Source: Raillietiella orientalis (taxonomy: Eukaryota). Taken from it: DNA of 64,000 bases. Made by a program: the position numbers and the translations under genes. The DNA lies in contig JAYWIR010000032.1 of the NCBI GenBank assembly GCA_036172245.1, positions 1,550,001 through 1,614,000 on the forward strand, given 5' to 3'. Under the pieces are notes generated by a model. The model was given only the letters and a program-made list of their open reading frames with translations, had not been told where the DNA came from and made no database searches. Positions 59,401 through 64,000 of the stretch are shown here, in pieces; position 1 is the stretch's first letter, and the number at the start of each line of letters is the position of its first letter.

Positions 59401-61299
59401 CTGTGCGATTTGTTTTTCTTTTTCCTTCTTCGGAATTCACTTCTTGTTCACAGCTGCGTGCACACCTGCGCGCGCGTAAGACGACGCCAGTGGCAATGCA
59501 CCACCATTCCTCGACGACTGCGGCTCATCTGCCTTTCCCTCGAAGCGACCTCGGAAACACTTGGTGCTGCAAGAGACGTACGGTTCCAGTCTGCAATTCT
59601 GTTCTCGTCCTGCATACGGCTCTGCAGCTGTGTCCCTTGCCTGGTTATTGCACAGAAGCGAAGATGGGTTACCGCTTTCGGAAGGAACAGGGAGGGCATG
59701 CTCCTAGCAGGTGGGGTGAACAAGAGAAGTGGGAACAACAGAGACTTTCTGAGTCTGGCTGAAGAGCCGCAATGTTACCCGCATCCCCCTTTCCTTGGAC
59801 TGCTGGAATGCTCGCGGAAGGAGCCATTTTTCTTCGTTGCAGTGCCGCGCTGCTGTGGTGGGATATCACCTCGTTTCTATCTGAGGGGTGCTTTTACAGA
59901 TGGTGATCCCGCCGACCAGCAAGGAGGAGGAGGAAGAAAAGGTTGAGAGGTTGCTGCTGCCTTTCTTAGAGGAAGCAGATGAGGAGGAGGAATGCACTTT
60001 GAAAATAACCGAGTCCTTGGAAGGTCCGCTGACGCTTTAGGGAAGCGCGGCTCCCTTGCGACTCATCTCGGAAAGCACCACGTCTACTTCTCCATCCTTC
60101 CCTCCCTCCCCCAAATTTTCCTGCTGCTCCTTTTTCCCCTGTCCGGAGGTCTGTCGCGAAGATCGCCTTCGAATCCGGTCCCTTGCAGAGGAACGCATCT
60201 CTCAGCCCTCCCGGAGTCCACGGGATCGCGATGGCGCCCTTCGCCCCGGGTCCCTGCGAAATCCTTTCTTCTCACTCTGGCGCCCCGCGTCGGTCACAGC
60301 TGCGAGGGCCGGCCGAACAGCAAACGAAGGGGATGGGGGCCTTTGTGGACTTCGGTCGAGCCAGCCTTAGCGCTCGGATACGCCTGGAGACGCTTGGAGT
60401 TCTCCCGAGAGATTTCGCTGCGGATTCGAAGATGGACACGCCCTCGCAACGCAGGTTGCGTCGGAGACAGATACGACGGACCGCATGGCTGCTCCGGAGA
60501 GTGTCCCTGGCAAGTCGGGTGAACCAGGAAACGGAAGACTCTGCGTGAAGGAGGAGAGGGAGGGGGAGGGAGGCGAGACCTACGCATTGACAGGGGGACG
60601 AGCAGGGAGTCTCCAAGGTCGCACCTACTCAGATGGCGCATTTCCCAGAGGCGGCGGCCTCGCAGTAGCAGCTTTTGCGAGGAGAGGATCACGTGGGACG
60701 GGAGAGTGGTGCGAAAGCGAGCAGTGGGAGAAGTGACCTTCATCAAAACGGGACGGAGGGATCTGCCCGACGGAGCATCCTGCGGCAGGGAACACCTTGC
60801 GGTGTTCCCCACCGCAGGCGAAAGGGAAGGGCACAGCTGCGCCGGAGTGGTCGCATCGCGTGACGAGCGTACTCCGTGGGCCCCGCGCGCGCACGCGCGG
60901 ACGCTGGGGGACAACGGCAAAATCCCGTGGATCGATCCCATCTGCCTGCCTGCGCAGCCCCGACGCTGCGTGGGCCGTCGCCGCCGAGAGCGGCGTTCAC
61001 CGAACGGAGCATTTGGGGGTGGCGGCTCGAAAGAGGTAGGGGAGGGAGGGCCGAGCTCCGGATCCCTGAAACTGACCCGAGTGTGTCCCGGCGGGCGAAA
61101 GACAACACCTGACCGCACCCCGGCACGGACGGGAGAAAGCAGCTGCCCAACCCGGGAGCGGTTGCCCCAGGAGAGCGAGGGTACGCGCAACTTGCCACGC
61201 GGTGTGGCGCGGGTGGCTCCAGCAGGAGCCAATCCCATTTCAGAGATCTTGAATTCCTGGCCCCGCGTTGGAGTCGCCGCATGGCCACGTGTGCCCTCC

Positions 61300-61890
61300 G
61301 CGCGTGGCGTGCCGAGCGAAGTGGACTCGAATCCCTCCCGGGGAAGGACCGACCCCAAGAATGCGGGGCTCGTCGTGGGCTTCGAGCTCCCTCCGCAAGA
61401 TGACTCTGGCTTGCCTCTTCGGGTACGGCGACATTGGTGGAAGCCAGGAACCCCTGGATCCCCCTCTTGAGTGGCCGGGATTAAAAGTTGACCCTTCGGG
61501 GTCCTTCCAGTAACCAAAGAGTCGGTTCCCTTCGGGATTCCACTCCGATTGTGAAAATGGAGCCGCCCCTTTTCCCTCGGGGGGTGACCCTCCATCTCTT
61601 ACCACGGAGCTGGTGGGTTGACGCCTCTCCGGAGTGTCAAGAAGCGCGCTGCTTTCTTCCGGGAGCGCCTCTTTGAAGAAAATTTGGAGGCATCCTTCCG
61701 GGGTTCTTTCCAGAGGAGGAAACCAGGAGCGGGTCCTTTCCTGGTTCCCCTTGGAGAGGAAGCGACGGGCGCCTTTTCCCTCTGGGGTCCCACCGGAGAG
61801 AATAGGGAAGAGGTTCCGTTCGGAGTACCCCTGCCACGAGTAAGAGGAACGGAGGTGCTTCCTCCAGGGTACTGTCTGGGTTCATAGGGC
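61300..61890 (+). repeat. Second copy of the unclassified ~0.8-kb repeat family
   Basis: Aligns with the RC of 42240-42935 (CCGAGCG..GTGG..TCGAATC...CCCGGGGAAGGA, GATGACTCTG, CTTCGGGATTCCACTCC, GAAAATGGAG). Confidence 0.8.
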
Positions 61891-62690
61891 GGTTCCCTCT
61901 AGGAGCAGCCTCTATCTTGAAGAGTAGAGAATTCCGGGTGGCGTTGGAACTTCCGCTACGAGCTCGTGGACAACTCATTCCTTACTGGTTCGTTTCTACC
62001 GCTGACCGCGACATCGATCCAAGAAGTGCGCGCGCCCCGAGGCGCTCCTGCAGAGCTCGCCTGCCGCTGCCGTCCTGGCTGCCGTGGTCTTCGCGGGGAT
62101 AGGAGCGCTCTGTCTGTCCCACTGAATTCACTCCAAGCCTGATTGTCCTCAATGGCGGGGCCCATGTTGACTCCCTGGGCTCGTGGGACTCTCTCATGAT
62201 CGCGAATGCGCGGCTCTTCCCTCCCCACGCTCACGGGAGCGCTCAGCGCTCCGGAGGCATTTGCCAACCCTGCTCGACCCGTGCGGACAGCCTGGAGAGG
62301 AACCGTGCCGGCCGCGGTTGGGCTGCTCCCCCTCCACTGCTGAGACCAGTTGACACAGCACCTGCGCCAAGATCACTCATTTCCCGGGGTCAAGCGTGAG
62401 GACCGCAAGCGGACGGCGGGCTCACGAGGTTGCCTGGAGGCGTCTCAACCCTTTTTACTAACGATGCGGCTTCTTTTTTGTGGGAGGGAACCCTATACTG
62501 CTACCCCTTGATGACGAGGAAAGCACAGCACCCCTTCTGAACCCCAATAGCCGCGGCGGATATTCTCGACGCGATGAGATCGACCCTTCACCCTCGCGGA
62601 CTTTGGCTCGCTTCGATCCCAAGGCAAAGGCTAGGCTACTTCTGCTCTACACCTTTTTGGGGTGGGTGGGAGGGAGAGGGGGGATCACAG

Positions 62691-63160
62691 AGTGCTGAAG
62701 AAACCGTCTGCCTCCTTAGGAGGAGCTCATGAAGCTCTTTGGAGCGGCCCACGTCACCCAAGAGTGCGTGTTAACTTGAAGAGTTATAGGGGGCGACCCC
62801 ATAGGTCAATGAATCCAGGAAGGGCTCCCTTCAGAGGGACTCACCGGAAAGGACCTGCTCCTGGTTTCCTCCTCTGGAAAGAACCCCGGAAGGATGCCTC
62901 CAAATTTTCTTCAAAGAGGCGCTCCCGGAAGAAAGCAGCGCGCTTCTTGACACTCCGGAGAGGCGTCAACCCACCAGCTCCGTGGTAAGAGATGGAGGGT
63001 CACCCCCCGAGGGAAAAGGGGCGGCTCCATTTTTACAATCGGAGTGGAATCCCGAAGGGAACTGACTCTTCGGTTCCTGGAAGGACCCCGGAGGGTCAAC
63101 TTTTAATCTCGGCCACTCAACGGGGACATCCAGAGGTCTTCGGCTTCCACCAGTGCCGCA
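62691..63160 (-). repeat. Third (truncated) copy of the repeat family; forms a ~310-bp inverted repeat with 61428-61741
   Basis: 62846-63156 is the RC of 61431-61741, nearly identical over the ~200 bp from 62851. Confidence 0.85.
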
Positions 63161-63169
63161 ATCCCTCCG

Positions 63170-64000
63170 CCCCCTTACTTTCTGTTTGCCCCTTGCCACG
63201 CAGCATCAGGAAACGGACGAAGGACCTCCCCTGGATTGCTCTCTGGGACAAGGGAGCCCGAGTTCTCTGAAGAACTTGTGTGCTCCTTGCTGGGACGGCG
63301 GCCTGACTCTGGTGTGGATTGAGCTGCAGCTCCAGTTTCGGACACTCACCCTCGTGGCAAGCCTGTGGAGCACCACCTGGTGCCAACCTGCACTTCTTTC
63401 TCGTCCAGCAAGCCGCCAGCAGCGTGGAACTCTCGTCTTTCCTTGAGCGCCCTCCACGCAGTCCCATCCACTGCGGACTGCATCTTCGGCAGGTGGTCAC
63501 GCTGGCCAGGAAAAGCGGATGGACCCCGTGCCTCCCCGCGAACGGTGGTGAATGGTTGCAAGTGGGCGAAGATCCAGATGCCAAGCGCGGAACACATGCG
63601 ATATTTCCTGTACGCGCGTAACAACAACTGCACGCTCCGGGATTTCCTGGAAGATCCCGCGAAGAGTGCGTGGGCAAGCAGAACCTCCCTCACAGCCGCG
63701 CTGCCTTCCTTCAGGGAACACATGGCCAGCAGCCTCGCGGCAAAATGAGAAAGTACTGCGGAAATCTCCGGAAGAGGAAAGACTGGGCGAATAGACGATG
63801 GGCCAGCTCACCAACGCTGTGACCCCGATCGCTCGACCTCGCGGACTTTTGCTCTGAGGCGTGCTACTAAGTATTCTGGTGGAAGACCTGCAGTGCTCAT
63901 GAACACCCACACCCTCCCCTTAAAGTGGCAGGAGCTGGCGTTCATGATGATGCACTGGGACCTCGTGCAACGCCAGCTGGCATCATTGGACATGGGGGGA
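63170..64000 (+). mobile_element. Decayed L1/Tx1-like ORF2 fragment running off the window
   Basis: Homologous to 31790-32450. Later TLPLKWQELAFMMMHWDL is homologous to TLPLKRHESPFLLLH near 58710. Confidence 0.65.

Noticed and set aside
60294..61595. 433-aa minus-strand ORF and the overlapping 254-aa plus-strand ORF
   Set aside because: Pro/Arg/Gly/Ser-rich translation of GC-rich DNA that runs across a repeat boundary; no domain recognised.

Overview
Eukaryotic (animal, probably invertebrate) genomic DNA. Most ORFs in the six-frame track are noise from GC-rich decayed transposons. Supported content: (1) a 3-exon gene at 205-1686, not called as a gene by the ORF track, encoding a ~148-aa protein with a signal peptide and a long Leu-rich hydrophobic C-terminal part. 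(2) A ~22-kb inverted-repeat structure: two ~7.4-kb near-identical arms (3913-11274 and 18598-25967) made of decayed LINE fragments, enclosing a 7.3-kb spacer with an intact, intronless 1254-aa, ~35-repeat ankyrin gene. A 27-bp templated duplication sits at one inner junction. (3) Many decayed L1/Tx1-like fragments sharing a 3' terminal motif, a decayed Tigger/pogo element, an internally deleted piggyBac element and an unclassified ~0.8-kb repeat family. (4) An AT-rich block with two head-to-head genes, a divergent DYNC2I1/WDR60-like gene (- strand) and ABCF2 (+ strand), mostly with very short (33-55 nt) introns. The best candidates for new biology are the palindrome-enclosed ankyrin cassette (assembly or amplification artefact must be excluded first) and the orphan Leu-rich protein. 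Everything was read by eye; no database searches were run.
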